Source of the DNA: Mobula hypostoma
Taxonomy: Eukaryota
Length of the DNA: 64,000 nt
Assembly: GCF_963921235.1 (NCBI RefSeq)
Contig: NC_086098.1
Span: forward strand, 5,704,001 to 5,768,000
Reading direction: 5' to 3'
This document shows positions 24,678 to 38,459 of this stretch, one piece after another. The translations under genes were made by a program, and so were the position numbers. The notes under the pieces are model-generated. The model was not told the origin of the DNA, made no database searches, and was given only the letters and a program-made list of their open reading frames with translations. Each line of letters begins with the position of its first letter. The stretch's first letter is position 1.

Positions 24678-26543
24678 TTAACAAGTAGGAGAAATAAAAG
24701 CCAAAATGTGCAAATCAGATCTCTCCAAAATAATATCCTTTCCTCCAACAATACCAAATAAAGCAGTCAAAGGATTAGGCTTAAAATTTCCTTTAAGAAG
24801 TACCGAGAAGGTTTGAAATACTTCCTTCCAATATTTTTCAAGACTCGGACATGTCCAAAACATATGAATGAGTGAAGTTTCTACATTTTTACATTTATCA
24901 CAATAAGGAGATATATCCAAATAAAAGCGAGGCAACTTATCCTTGGTCATGTGGGCCCTATGGACCACCTTAAATTGTAGGAGAGAGTGGTGAGCACGTA
25001 ACGATGAAGTGTTAACCAACTTAAACATTTCATTCCAAGTTTCCTCTGAAATTGTAGTCTGTAAGTCTTGTTCCCAAAGATCTTTAATTTTATCTAAAGG
25101 AATGCTTCTCATTCCCAGCAACATATTATAAATATTAGATATTGATCCATTATAAAAAGGTGTTAAATTAAAAATTAGATCTAGTAGATTCTTATCAGGA
25201 CTTTTAGGAAATGTACATATTTGTCTCTTATTTGTAGGTATCGAAAAAAGTGAGTTTTGGGTAAGCTACATTTAGCTGACAATTGCTCAAACGAAAGGAG
25301 ACTTCCCTCCTCAAACAAGTCCTCGAAGCATTTAATACCTCATCTATCCCATTCTTTAAAAGCCACATCCATCATAGAAGGTTTTTAAAAATAATTAGAA
25401 AAAATGGGACTCAAAAGAGAAAATCTCAATGAGGCAAAGTATTTTCGGAATTGTATCCAAATTCTCCTAGTATGTTTAACTACCAAATTGTTAGTTAACT
25501 TACTCAGGGATAAAGGAAGTGAGGATCCAAGAAGAGAAATAATAGAAAACTTATTAACAGAGTTAGCTTCTAAAGAAACCCACATCGGACAATTTTCATG
25601 ATTAATGTAATGTAACCAAAATGTAAGATTACGTATATTAACTGTCCAATAATAAAACCTAAAGTTTGGTAAAGCTAGCCCTCCATTCTTTTTAGCTTTC
25701 TGAAGATGAATTTTGTTTAGTCTAGAATGCTTATTTTTCCATGTATAGGATGATATAATAGAATCTAGAGAATCAAAAAAAGATTTAGGGATAAAAACAG
25801 GTAATGCCTGAAAATGGTATATAAGTTTAGGTAAAATATTCATTTTAATAGAATTAATTCAACCAATCAATGATAACGAAAGAGGCGACCAATTTGATTG
25901 TGTCCTTTTTACATAATTCAATAGGATAAGAAAATTTTCTTTAAATAAGCACTTATAATTTTTAGTGATTGTAAGTAAATTGGTTTTTTAGTGATTGTAA
26001 GTAAATTGGTTTCTTACAATTATAACAGGAAGGTTAGAATTAGTTGATATCCAGTTATTCAGAGGAAAAAGCTCACTCTTATGTAAATTCAGTTTATAGC
26101 CTGAGAACTGGCTAAAACAGGAGAGTAGAGAAAGCACATGGGATAATGAAGTCTTGACACTGGAAATAAAGAGCAATAGATCATCAGCATAAAGCGAAAC
26201 TTTGTGGATAGTGCATCTCCTTAGAATACCAGTGATATCATTAGGTTCTTGAAAGGCTATGGCTAAGGGTTCTAAATCCAGAACAAAAAGCAAATGACTC
26301 ACAGTCAGCCTTGTCTGGTGCCACATTGAAGCTTAAATAGTTTGAAGTTCTGAGAATTAGTAATAACCCTAGTGGAGGGAGCTAAATAATGTAATTTAAT
26401 CCATTGAATGAAATCAGGTCTAAAATTGAATTTTTCTAAAATTTTAAATAAATAATTCCATTCAACTCTGTCAAAAGCCTTCTCAGTGTCTAGGGATACC
26501 ACATATTCTGATATCTCCTTCGAAGGAGAATAGATAACATTTA

Positions 26544-28003
26544 GAAACATAGAAACATAGAAAATAGGTGCAGGAGTAGGCCATTCGGCCCTTTGAGCCT
26601 GCACCGCCATTTATTATGATCATGGCTGATCATCCAACTCAGAACCCCGCCCCAGCCTTCCCTCCATACCCCCTGACCCCTGTAGCCACAAGGGCCATAT
26701 CTAACTCCCTCTTAAACATAGCCAATGAACTGGCCTCAACAGTTTCCTGTGGCAGAGAATTCCACAGATTCACCACTCTCTGTGTGAAGAAGTTTTTCCT
26801 AATCTCAGTCCTAAAAGGCTTCCCCTCTATCCTCAAACTGTGACCCCTCATTCTGGACTTCCCCAACATCGGGAACAATCTTCCTGCATCCAGCCTGTCC
26901 AATCTCTTTAGGATCTTATACGTTTCAATCAGATCCCCCCTCAATCTTCTAAATTCCAACGAGTACAGGCCCAGTTCATCCAGTCTTTCTTCATATGAAA
27001 GTCCTGCCATCCCAGGAATCAATCTGGTCAACCTTCTTTGTACTCCCTCTATGGCAAAGATGTCTTTCCTCAGATTAGGGGACCAAAACTGCACACAATA
27101 CTCCAGGTGTGGTCTCACCAAGGCCTTGTACAACTGCAGTAGTACCTCCCTGCTCCTGTATTCGAATCCTCTCGCTATAAATGCCAGCATACCATTTGCC
27201 TTTTTCATCGCCTGCTGTACCTGCATGCCCACTTTCAATGACTGGTGTATAATGACACCCAGGTCTCGTTGCACCTCCCCTTTTCCTAATCGGCCACCAT
27301 TCAGATAATAATCTGTTTTCCTATTTTTGCCACCAAAGTGGATAACTTCACATTTATCCACATTAAATTGCATCTGCCATGAGTTTGCCCACTCACCCAA
27401 CCTATCCAAGTCACCCTGCATCCTCTTAGCATCCTCCTCACTGCTAACACTGCCACCCAGCTTCGTGTCATCCGCAAACTTGGAGATGCTGCATTTAATT
27501 CCCTCATCCAAGTCATTAATATATATTGTAAACAACTGGGGTCCCAGCACTGAGCCTTGCGGTACCCCACTAGTCACCGCCTGCCATTCTGAAAAGGTCC
27601 CGTTTATTCCCACTCTTTGCTTCCTGTCTGCTAACCAATTCTCCACCCACACCAATACCTTACCCCCAATACCGTGTGCTTTAAGTTTGCACACTAATCT
27701 CCTGTGTGGGATCTTGTCAAAAGCCTTTTGAAAATCCAAATATACCACATCCACTGGTTCTCCCCTATCCACTCTACTAGTTACATCCTCAAAAAATTCT
27801 ATGAGATTCGTCAGACATGATTTTCCTTTTACAAATCCATGCTGACTTTGTCCGATCATTTCACCGCTTTCCAAATGTGCTGTTATCACATCCTTGATAA
27901 CTGACTCCAGCAGTTTCCCCACCACCGACGTTAGGCTAACTGGTCTATAATTCCCCGGTTTCTCTCTCCCTCCTTTTTTAAAAAGTGGGGTTACATTAGC
28001 CAC
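26544..28003 (-). mobile_element. Young CR1 3' half with uninterrupted 454-aa RT ORF
   Basis: ORF 26639-28003 has no stops. Tail is (GAAACATA)n and TSD is ACATTTA at 26537-26543 and 28036-28042. Confidence 0.95.
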
Positions 28004-30129
28004 ATTTAATTACATAATTAATGTAATGTGGGGTTACATTTAATAAATGACGAATATTAAAATGAGAATATTAATATATTTTTTGATAAATCCGGTCTGA
28101 TTATCAGAAATGACAGATGGTAAAATATTTTCAATCCTACGGGCCAGAACTTCACATAGAATCTTAGTATCAACACTAAGTAAAGAAATTGGTCTATAGG
28201 AAGAGCATTCAATTGGATCCATTTCTTTTTGAGGATAAGGGAAATGGAAGCCTCATAGAAAGATTGAGGCAGCCTGCCCAACTTAAATGAATCTGAAAAA
28301 ACTGAACATAAATGAGGTACAAGCAGTGAGGAAAAGGTCTTATAAAACTTTCCAGAAAATCCATCTGGACCCGGAGTTTTCCTCGAGTGCAATGAGCGCA
28401 CAGCCTTGACAATTCCCTCAAAAGAAATAGGTTGTTCCAACTGCTTTCTGTGGTCAACAGAGATAGTGGGAATGTTTAATTGGTCTAAAAATTGTTCATT
28501 ACAGTGTTGTCCTTAGGAGAGTCAGACTATAGAGTTTAGAATAAAATTCTCTAAAAGTATCATTTATTTCTAAATGATCAGTTGTCCTATCACCGTTAGC
28601 TTTAAGTATTTCTTTAATCTGCTGTTTAGCTATTAAGCTTTTAATTTGGTTAGCTAATAATTTACCTGTTTTGTCTCCATGAATATAAAGTTGACTTTTA
28701 TCTTTTAGGAGTTGAGTTTCAATTGGATAATTTAAAAGGAGATCATATTTAATTTTGATTTCAACATGCCTTTTATATAAAGCAGGATCTGGAACCAAGG
28801 CATACCGTTGGTCTAATTGTTTCAACTGGTTAGCTAAGTCACTTCTCTCTTTATTAGCTTTTTCCTTAATACTTGCAGTATAAGAAATAATTTGTCCTCT
28901 AGTATATGCCTTAAAGGCATCCCATCTGATAAGACTAGAAGTCTCTGCTAACGTATCTCTTCAAAAAAAGAAGTAATTTGTCTCTTCATAAACTTCAAAA
29001 AAATCTTTATCAGATAACAACGTTAGATTAAAACGCCAAAATCTGTTTGTTTGAAGAAGGAAAGGGAGATTTAAAGATAAGAGCAGAGGAGCATGATCTG
29101 AGACAACCATCTCTTTATATTCACAGGATCGAACTAATGGAATCATTTGGCTGTCAATAAAAAAGTAATCAATCCTGGAATATGTATGACGGACATGAGA
29201 GAAAAATGAATATTCCCTGTCTACTGGATGAAAAAAACACCAAACATCAACAATACCACATTTCATTAGAAAAGATTTAATAAACACAGCTGATTTATTT
29301 GGTATCACGAGTTTAGAAGATGAATGATCTGAAGCTGGATCTAAACAACAATTAAAATCTCCTCCCATCACCAATGAGTACAGACTCAGATCTGGCATAA
29401 ATGAAAAAAAAAAGACACTCAAAGAAGCATATATAATCATCTATATTCGGAGCATACACATTGGCAAATACCATTAATTTGTTATATAGTTTCCTTGATA
29501 TGCCCATTGGTGTCAGAAATTACTTTATGTTGCACAAAGGAAACTTTATTATCTATAAGGATCAAAACCTTTCTGGCTTTGGCCTGAAACGAAGAATGGA
29601 AATGAGATCTTCTCCATCAATTAAAAAGGCGTGAATTGTCACATTTACATACATGAGTTTCTTGAAGAAAAACAATTGGTATCTTAAGTTTTTTAATATA
29701 GGCAAAAATCTTATTTCTTTCCACAGGGTGATTTAGCCCTTCCACATCAAAACTAAGTAAATTAATACTTTGATCAATTTTAAAACTATTTATAAGAAAG
29801 TTTAAAGTAACAATCAGAAGAATGTATATTAAACCCAAACAATAAACCTTGAGATATGGTAACTAGGCAACAGAGTTGACTGAATTTCCAAATCAGCTTC
29901 TAGAAAAAACAATTCCCCATCCCCTTCCCTCCTCCCAAAGAGAGAAAATTGTTAAAAAGGTAGCCGATGTCCACCCCCACTAATATCATCGCCCCAGAAA
30001 AGCCTACTGGAACCGCTCCAAAGAATTCAAAGTTGATCACTGTTCCAACCAAGACAAAGCAAAAGTAAAAAATAAGCTTATTTTACCAAACAAAAGAAGC
30101 AATTATTCATACTGAAAAATACTAAACAG

Positions 30130-30935
30130 CTATATTTCTAAGACGAAAAATTTCTGAGCCTCTTCATTCGTAAGAAACCATTATTTTAAGCCATCTTGCA
30201 TTGTAATTCTCACCCGAGCCGGATAGTGAAGAGAAGGCTTGAAGTTTTTGCTATAAAGTTCCGCCATAACTTTTTAAAACTTAGTACATTCTTCCATAAC
30301 TTCCAATGAGAAATCTTCAACAATATGAAGCTTCAGACCCTTATAGTCAATCATACCTTTCCGACAGGATTCACGAATCAAAGGTACTTTGTTTGAAATT
30401 CATAAAAGTATATAATGACCGATCTCGGTCTTGATTCTGGAGCTAATCTATAAATAGACGATCTGAGAACACGATCAATCAAAGGTAAAGACTGTATACT
30501 ATCAGGAAATAATTTCATCAGAAGGTTTTCAAAGAATTCCTTAGGATTATCTCCTTCCGTTAACTCTTTAAGTCCCAAGATTTGTAAGTTGTTTCTCCTA
30601 CTTCTATTTTCCAAATCAATAATCTTCTGTCTCAGTTTTCCATTGGACTTGGATTGTTTTTAATATAGCTTTTGCAGATTATCAGTTTTCTTATCCAGTA
30701 TTGTTATAACCTCTTCATGCTCTTTTATCCTCTTATCATGCTCGAATAAAGTTTCTTGAATAACATCCAGTTTTGTACCTATTTGTTTAACTTCAAAGCT
30801 GATTTGTTGTGAATCGGCCGACGCTTCTTTTCTGAACTGATGAAACTCTTCGGTAAGCTTTTGTGAGTCTGTAAAAAGCTTTTGAAGCAAGCCTGTAATA
30901 GATTCCAAAGATGCTTTGGTAGCCATAGTAATCAT
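30130..30935 (-). pseudogene. L1 ORF1 (coiled-coil + RRM) remnant
   Basis: ORFs 30660-30935 (heptad-rich) and 30378-30614 (ENRSRRNNLQILGLKE...IDRVLR...PRSVII). Confidence 0.85.
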
Positions 30936-31040
30936 AACACATTTAACAGTAATATTTCAAAAGGTTGGAAACAAAAAAGGAAGTAAACTAGGAGAACCGG
31001 AGGAGATCTGTTGCTCCATCAGTGACCAGAAGGCAAGTCC

Positions 31041-32650
31041 CATCAATTTCTAAATCATTGGCAAACGATGTGAAAAGTAGTGGTCCCAATACTGACCCCT
31101 GAGGAACACCATTAGTCACCGGCAGCCAACCAGAAAAGACCCCCTTTATTGCCACTCACTGCCTCCTGCGTGCCAGCCATTCCTCTATCCATGCCAATAC
31201 CTTTCCTCTAACACCATAGGATTTTATCTTGTTCAGCAGCCCCAAGTGTGGTACCTTATCAAATGCCTTCTGAAAATCCAAGTCAATGACACCCACTGTC
31301 TCTTCTGTGTCCACCTGTTGTTACTTCCTTGAAGAATTGCAACAGATTAGTCAAGCAAGATTTTGCTTTACAGAAATCATGCTGACTTAGATTTATTTTA
31401 TCATTGGTCTACAAGCTGCCCGAAACCTCACCCTTAATAATAGACTCCAACACTTTCCCAGCCACTGAGGTTAGGCTAACTGGCCTAAAATTTCGTTTCT
31501 TTTGCTGTTCTCCCTTCTTAAGGAGTGGAGTGACATTTGCAATTTCCCAGTCCTCTGGAACCATGCAAGAATCAAGTGGTTCTTGAAAGATCATAACCAA
31601 TGCTATCTCTTCAGCAAACCTCGTTCAGAACTCTGGAGTGTAGTCCTTCAGGTCCAGGCAACGTATCCACCTTAAGATCTTTCAGTTTGCCTTGTACTTT
31701 TTCCTTTATAATAGCAATGGTACTCACTCCTACTCCCTGACACACATGGACCTCTCGCACACTGCTAGTGTCTTCCACTGTGAAGACTGATGCAAAATAC
31801 TTATTAAGTTCATCCACCATTTTTTGTCCCACATTACTACCTCACCAGCATCATTTTCCAGTGGTCCAATATCAACTCTTGCCTCCCTTTTACTCTTTAT
31901 GTAACTGAAAAAATTTATAGTATGCTGCTTTATATTATTGGCTAATTTGCCCTCATATTTCACCTTTTTCCTTCTTATGGCTTTTTAGTTTTAAAGGCTT
32001 CCTCTTCATCCAACTTCCAACTCACTTTTGCTACCTTATATGCTCCTTCCTTGTCTTTTATGCCATCCTTAACTTCCCTTGTCAGCCATGGTTGCCTACT
32101 CCTGCCATTTGAGAACTTCTTCCTCTGTGGGACATTTGTATCTTGTGCATTGTGAACTATTCCTAGAAACTTTAGCCATCTCTGCTCCGCTGTCATCCCC
32201 GACAGTATCCTCCTCCAATCCACCTGGGCAAGCTCCTCTCTCATGCCTCTGTAATTCCCTTTATTCCATTGCGATACTAATACATCTGACTAATGCTTCT
32301 CCCTCTCAAATTGCAGCATCAATTCAATTATATTATGATCACTCTCTCCTAATGGTTTCTTTACCTTAAACACCCTAATCGAAACTAGATTATTACACAA
32401 CACTCAATCTAAGACAGCCTTTCCCCAAGTAGGCTCAAGCACAAGCTGCTCTAAAAAGCCATCTCGTAGGTATTCAACAACTTCCCTCTCTTGTGGTCCG
32501 ACACCAACCTGGTTTTCCCAATCCCCTTGCATATTGAAATCTACCATTACATTTGTGACATAACCCTTATCTTATGCCCTTTCTGGCTCCCTTTGCAATC
32601 TCAACCCAATATCTTGGCTACTATTTGGAGGCCTATATGTGATTGTCATG
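31041..32650 (-). mobile_element. CR1 ORF2 (endonuclease C-term to RT), decayed
   Basis: VPEDWEIANVTPL, FRPVSLTS, YFASVFT and EQRWLKF. Confidence 0.9.
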
Positions 32651-32804
32651 GGGTGCTCTCCACTATCTGATGTTTTCCCATCTTTCTCTTGATAGTCACA
32701 CATTTATCTGTATCTTGTAGCCTTGGAGTATTGTGTTCAGCTCTGCTTGCTTCATTATAGGTAGGACGTGGATGGTTTAGAAAGGGTGTAGAGGAGATAT
32801 ATCA

Positions 32805-35800
32805 GGATGCTATGAAATCATCAGAGTACATCAATACCTCAAGCAAGTTCATGTTCCCAACAGTCTTCTCCATGACACATTGAAAAGTAACCAGTGCTCC
32901 TGATACACCCAGGGGGCATTCTTTCAAAGTGAAAGAATCCAAGTGGACATTTAGATGCCATCTTCTATTTGTCAGCTTCACTCCTGGGTATCTGATAATA
33001 CCCATTCCTTAGATCCAACACACTGAACCATTTTGTTCCGCTCAGGCAGGCCAGAACATTCTCGATCTGCGGAACAGTATATTGGTCTGGGACTGTATGT
33101 CAGTTCAGTGTCCAATACTCAACACACATTCGTACCTTCTCATTCTTCTTCCTCACCACCCCTATGGGTGACGCATTGGGACTCGATGACTCAGTGATAA
33201 ATCCAGCTTCCTTCAGCTTCAGCAGTTGTTGCCAAACTTCCTCCACCTCCCCTGGTGCTAACCATTGAGACCTTTCTCTGAAAGGGGTGTCCTCTGTCAC
33301 TCAGATAGTGTGGCGAGTTCTCTTGGAGAAACCCACATCAAACTCCTCAGTAGAAAGGACATCTTTGAGCTTCAACAACTTCTCCGTTAGTCTCCCTCAC
33401 TATCCCTTGGGTACTGGGGAGTCACAAAAGTTGAATAACTTTCCTGATCCAGGAGACTGTCTCTCTCCTGGTTTTCTCACCAGAAAGCTAGACATTGCAG
33501 TCACTGGGAAAAGATGTGCAAACAGCATCTCACGTCCGAGGGTGATGTCTCTCTTCAAGGTGCTCCTGAAAATCATTGTCATCCTGTTTACATGTACAGC
33601 TGAAGGTTTATGAGGCTCAGTTCCCATCAGCACATCATCAGGTAAGCGTGACTCCTCTTGGTGACCCTCCGGAGCGTCCACTAGGAAGAACTCAGCATCA
33701 GGCATTCCCGGGGAATTTGGGGTTTCCAGTCACTCTAGCTACTCCCCAAGAGGTAACATAATGGGTTTGAACTGGGTGTACAACACAGCTCCACGTTTAT
33801 GCTCATCATCCTGTTTAGGAGAAACTTGCACCTTCTCAAAAGCAGCTCCAGACTCTGGGTGAATGGACAAGGTTTTCAAAAAATTCTCTCCATTTCTCAC
33901 CTTGCATGCTTTCACGAGCCTTCTCACAATGGGAGTATTTGCTCCCACAATAATGGAAGCTTTGCCTTTTTCAACCAGATCCAGGCAGAGCAACACTAAT
34001 GTATCAAGGGTCTCAGCTACTCCAGCAGCTACTTCCAAAAACTCCATCTTCAATGACAAGTAGCCACCATATGGGTAGTCATCAGTACTAAGGCCCCAGA
34101 TTTCTAGGGCATTGAGTGGTGCCTATGGTAAATGCGTCAACTATCAGTTGTAAGAGTATCTGTACAGTACAGTAACCTGAGAGCCTGTGTCAAGTATGGC
34201 TCAAGCATAAATACCCTCAATCTATACGAACACACCCAAGCTTGGTCCCACTAAGCCTTCAGGAGTGGGGCCTCGCTCTTTAGTGTTTCCATTGAAACAT
34301 TTATTGGTACGTGTTCTCTCTGAGACACCAGGCTGTTCCATTACTGGGTTTCTCCGGAGTTTCCTGACTTCCTTTTTGGTTTAAGCAATTATTGGGTTAC
34401 TTTCCCAAGGTTTTCCTTCCTTCACAATTCCACTTGAAATTTCCATCCTCTCCACAGTTTTATCAAGAGCCTCCTGTCAGTAGCAGCCCTCTGTTTAGTA
34501 CGTTTTCCTAGTGGGTCCAGTTTCTTACTGTCACATAGAGTAGCAGCACTAGCTGACATGAACCTAGATACCTCATTTTGGAGGTTTTTCACTGCTTCCT
34601 GCAAAACCCTCGCTTGTGTGGCATCAGGGATTGCTTCAACAACAGAGGCTACTGCTGAAGGCTTTGCCCTTTTGATGGAGGTCTCCTGCTCCTCCACCAG
34701 CTTTTCCACCTCTCTTACTTCTCTGATCTTCTCAACAAACCAGGGAAGGGTCCATGGCTTATGAGATTCAAATGCTTAAAGCAATCACGTCGTATGACAG
34801 CACACCCTTCACAACTTGCTCCATCTTTAGGCAATTTAACTCAGCCAGTTGAACGGCCCTTTTATGACACAAACAAGGCAGCTGTCTCTCTAGCCTGAAA
34901 CTGTAGACAGAAAGTTTCTCCCCTTTCTCCTGGAATGTGTGCCTGAACCTCATCATAAGCTCTGCTGGGCTGTCATTGTGCCAAAAATGTTTTGTAACAC
35001 TTGACATGACCACAGACATGACCAACGGGCTTTCTGCCTTTGGAGACCTCACCACCTCGGCAGTGGACCTTTTAGACTCTGTACCAGTCGCTGTCCTTTC
35101 ATATTATCTGAGCACTGCCATTCATCATGTAATTGAGATGTCTGCTCTGCCCAGGTCGCATATTCATCCTCTCCATCGGGGATGGGCTTGACTGCAGAGA
35201 ACATTCTCAGCCTACAATAACCTTGGTTCTCCGCAGGTACACTTTGCCATTCATTGTCCAGTGATGTAATGACCAAAGCCATCTCAGAATTTTCATCAGC
35301 CTATTAGACGTTTCACATCAGACAACTCCCTCCCCCCCCACTTCACAGAAATGAGAACAACTTGTCCTTAAAGTCTTTACCCTCAGCTACATACAATTCA
35401 TCTTTAACATCTTCACCCTCAACTACATGCTTCCATTCTCTAAAAATATGGACTAGCTCTCCAGCTGCCCCTATCCTATCAGGCAGTGCAACTTCAGTCA
35501 CATCACTGCTAGTCTGGACTAACACACATCTTTACCAGCTGCTCGGCCAAAATGCCATTCAACCAGTGTAACTTTCCCCAATACTTCTACAGAACTCATC
35601 ACTCTAGTTAGCAGTTCATCAGGGCTTCAGATATCCACTCCACTCAGAACACAAGCAGTATTTGTGGATAACCTCTTTGAATTACACCTAACCTTAAACC
35701 CGGTGGCATCCATAATAAAGTACTTTAATCACTTTTCCCTGACACTAGTTTAAACAATGGCTTAAACACACAAACTGCTTAATCAATTATTAAACAGCGT

Positions 35801-36652
35801 TCACCTCAGCATTCACTGAAACTCAGATGGGCATCCCACATATGTAACCTTCTCACTGGGGCTCAAATGCAAACTTGGCTCGATAGCTAACTCAGCTAAC
35901 AGCCACATGATTCAGCAGTGAGAAGGCCACTCCTGTAACAATATATGTCTAGGGTCAGTATGATTTGGGATTCAATCAAACTGGAAAGTCGAGATGTTCT
36001 GATATACAGAACCCTGATTTGAACAAATGCTGTGTAAATGCTGCCAATCAGAATTAACAGTCACCAAGAAATGATAAATTATACACCAGCATAAAATTAT
36101 AAAGTAAGTATATTTACCAATTTCAGCTTTATCAAATAGTTATTCAGATAAAGAAAAGAAAGGAAGACAAAATAAAAGGGTCCATTACAGTTAGACTAGT
36201 CTAAATTTGTATATGACTTTTGGAGGCCACCTCTTCCAAAATCTGGGTATAACCGTTACTCACGGCACTGATTTCTCATCACCAGTCACTGGCGCAACTT
36301 CCCATCTTGGCCTCCTTCATCTAGTGAAGCACTCCGTCCAATAACATCTTCCCACTGGATTGAATCCGACAGGTGTCTCCCCGATCTTCTCTCCCCCTCA
36401 CCTCTTGCCAAAAGACCACAAACCCCATGACAGTCCATCACAAATCTCTCTGCTGTCAGCTCTTTCTTGAACCTTCTCCTGATCCCACCATCCTGATTAG
36501 CTGTCACAAAATTCCTAAGATGAACAACATGGCTCCTTATCTTTAGCCAAAAACAAAACATTCTACCAGCAGGACACAGTGCCTTTACAGAAAATCAACT
36601 AAAATGAAATACTTCACAGCATAGAAGTAGAAATATTCACCAGGGTATTACA
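32805..36652 (-). mobile_element. Ty3/Gypsy LTR retrotransposon, 5' half (LTR, PNMA-like gag, protease, partial RT)
   Basis: Gag YCRLRMFSAVKPIPDGEDEYATWAEQ. Protease ILDTGS-QVT at ~34170-34200. RT ESSSPNASPIGVVRKK..VRMCVEYWTLN and PLGVSGALVTFQCVME..MYSDD. Confidence 0.9.
35843..36652 (-). repeat. 5' LTR of the Gypsy element (810 bp)
   Basis: TGTAA...TTACA inverted termini. Followed on the minus strand by a degenerate PBS-like TGTGGGATGCCCATCTGAG (possibly tRNA-Pro type). Confidence 0.75.
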
Positions 36653-37029
36653 CTGCCCTAAACACCAGTGGTGTAGCGGGCAGTAAGAGAGAGCAGGACT
36701 TTAGTAACGTATTAGAAAGGCAGTACATCCATCTGTATAGTGCTTCCCCTGTAGTCCACTGGAATGTCAACGTGTGATATAATTTTCAAGTCTCATTGAA
36801 CAAGACGTGGAAACAAGCACTTATAATCCGGGGTTCTATCAACTGAGGGAGATATGTACCTTTAAAATTAAGAATTGTAAATGACTGGTATATCAAAGCA
36901 GGAATCTACTTCCAGTGTATTTTCAGCAGGAACACTGTTACAGCGTGGGGTGTTCTGGAATTCAGAGTTCAATTCTGGCGTCCTTTGTAAGGGGATGTAC
37001 TTCATCCCCATGGAATGCATGGTGCTGTA

Positions 37030-37735
37030 TGAGGTGGGGTGGAGAAATGTCTCTACCAAAGGAGGTATAAGGCACTTGTTCCCTCCACTAGCCTACATAT
37101 CTCCCTTGGGCAATGTTTAGCACTGCTGAACCTCCGAATCAGGGTCACATGAGGCCATGGGAGCTGGTTGCGGATGGTCGTATGAGCAACTGGTGCATTA
37201 TCACCACTCCTGGTTATGCGACCACTGATGCAGGCAGACAATCTCTGAAGAGTATTGATAATGGTTGGGGTTACCCATCTACTTATGTGTGGGCATGTGG
37301 CCAAGTGGTTAAGGCATTGGACTAGTGACCTGAAGGTCGTGAGTTCGAGCCCCAGCCGAGGGAATGTGTTGTGTCCTTGAGCAAGGCACTTAATCACACA
37401 TTGCTCTGCGACGACACTGGTGCCAAGCTGTGTGGGTCCTAATGCCCTTCCCTTGGACAACATTGGTGTCATGGAGAGGGAAGACGCAGCATGGGCAACT
37501 GCTGGTCTTCCATACAACCTTGTCCAGGCCTGCGCCCTGGAGAGTGAAGACTTTCCAGGCGCAGATCCATGGTCTCGCAAGACTAACGGATGCCTTTACT
37601 TTACCCATCTTGGAAATACGCTGCCTAGAAGAAGGCAGTGGCAAACCACTTCTGAAGAAAAATTTGCCAAGATCAATCATATCATGGAAAGATCATGATT
37701 GCCTATGTCATATGACACAGCACAGAATGATGATA
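37030..37735 (+). mobile_element. Non-autonomous RTE-related element (family A, copy 2)
   Basis: Colinear with 562-932 once 37281-37600 is removed. Ends in (GAT)n. Confidence 0.7.
37281..37600 (+). mobile_element. tRNA-headed CORE-like SINE with RTE-like tail, full length
   Basis: A-box TGGCCAAGTGG, B-box GTTCGAGCC, and TSD TTACCCATCT at 37271-37280 and 37601-37610. Confidence 0.9.
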
Positions 37736-38459
37736 ATGCACTGGTTTCTTCCCACATTCCAAATACGTACCGGGTGGGTTAATTATCCTGTGATTAGTTA
37801 GGGTTAAATTGGGTTTGCTGGGGATTGCTGTGGCAGTGTGGCTGCAAGGGCTGGAATGGCCTACTCCACGTTGCATCGCTAAATAAATAAAATACAATTA
37901 TTGTGAGCAACAAATCTCTTACAATCAACTTGACACACTTCATACTTTGTCCTTTACATTCAGAAGGTTTTGTCAGATGGTTCCTAAAATGGTTTCTGCA
38001 AAGAAAAAAAAAATCACTTCAAAATTTCTTATTTTACTTGTCACGAACATTCAATGAATTTTTGAAAACTGCGTTCTCATAAAAATGAATCCCCTTGGGA
38101 TGCAGTTCCTACTTAAAGTTGATTATAGGTCATATATCTGCTCCATTGTAACTCATCTTAAAGAGGCTGTGCAGTGACTGGGAGTAATGAGGACAAGGTG
38201 TACAAGTCGACATTGAAAGAAATCAGAAAGTAGATTTTTGACAGAACACTCCAAGCATGATGACAGATAGGAGAGATCCGAGAGTGAAATTTATATTCAT
38301 GGTGTCTGCCACATCATTTACAAGTAATCAAAAATATCTGTTCCCTACATTCCAGGATTAAAAAGGATGATTGTTGGGTGGCATGGCATATAGGGCCTAA
38401 ATAAATACATCAAATATATTTGTGCACATTATTCCTGTTATGTAGGTTTCATACTTCCA

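Larger units (their letters stand above)
20748..31040 (-). mobile_element. Full-length L1-clade LINE (~5.3 kb net), ORF1 + ORF2 pseudogenised
   Basis: TSD CATCAATTTCT at 20737-20747 and 31041-31051. ORF1 has ENRSRRNNLQILGL. ORF2 has FLQETH, GGDFNC, YSRIDYF, SDHAP, KTPGPDGF, SYRPISLL, SLDTEKAFDRVEW, LYADD, GGLALPNF and CDKC..HMFWTC. Confidence 0.95.
36895..37895 (+). mobile_element. HE1/V-SINE-like SINE interrupted by an RTE-related element (37030-37735), itself interrupted by a SINE
   Basis: Head GAGTTCAATTCTGGCGTCC...TGTAAGG at ~36960 resumes as CTGGTTTCTTCCCACATTCCAAA at 37741, with a (TAAA)n tail. Confidence 0.75.

Noticed and set aside
25959..26012. ~27-bp tandem duplication in L1 ORF2
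   Set aside because: An ordinary post-insertion slippage lesion. Similar small duplications occur at 55206-55360 and 60718-60777.
26639..28003. 454-aa ORF as a host reverse transcriptase gene
   Set aside because: It is a 5'-truncated CR1 with tail and TSD. The ORF start is just the truncation point.
37289..37360. tRNA gene
   Set aside because: A and B boxes are present, but it runs into a SINE body, is repeated four times and is TSD-flanked.
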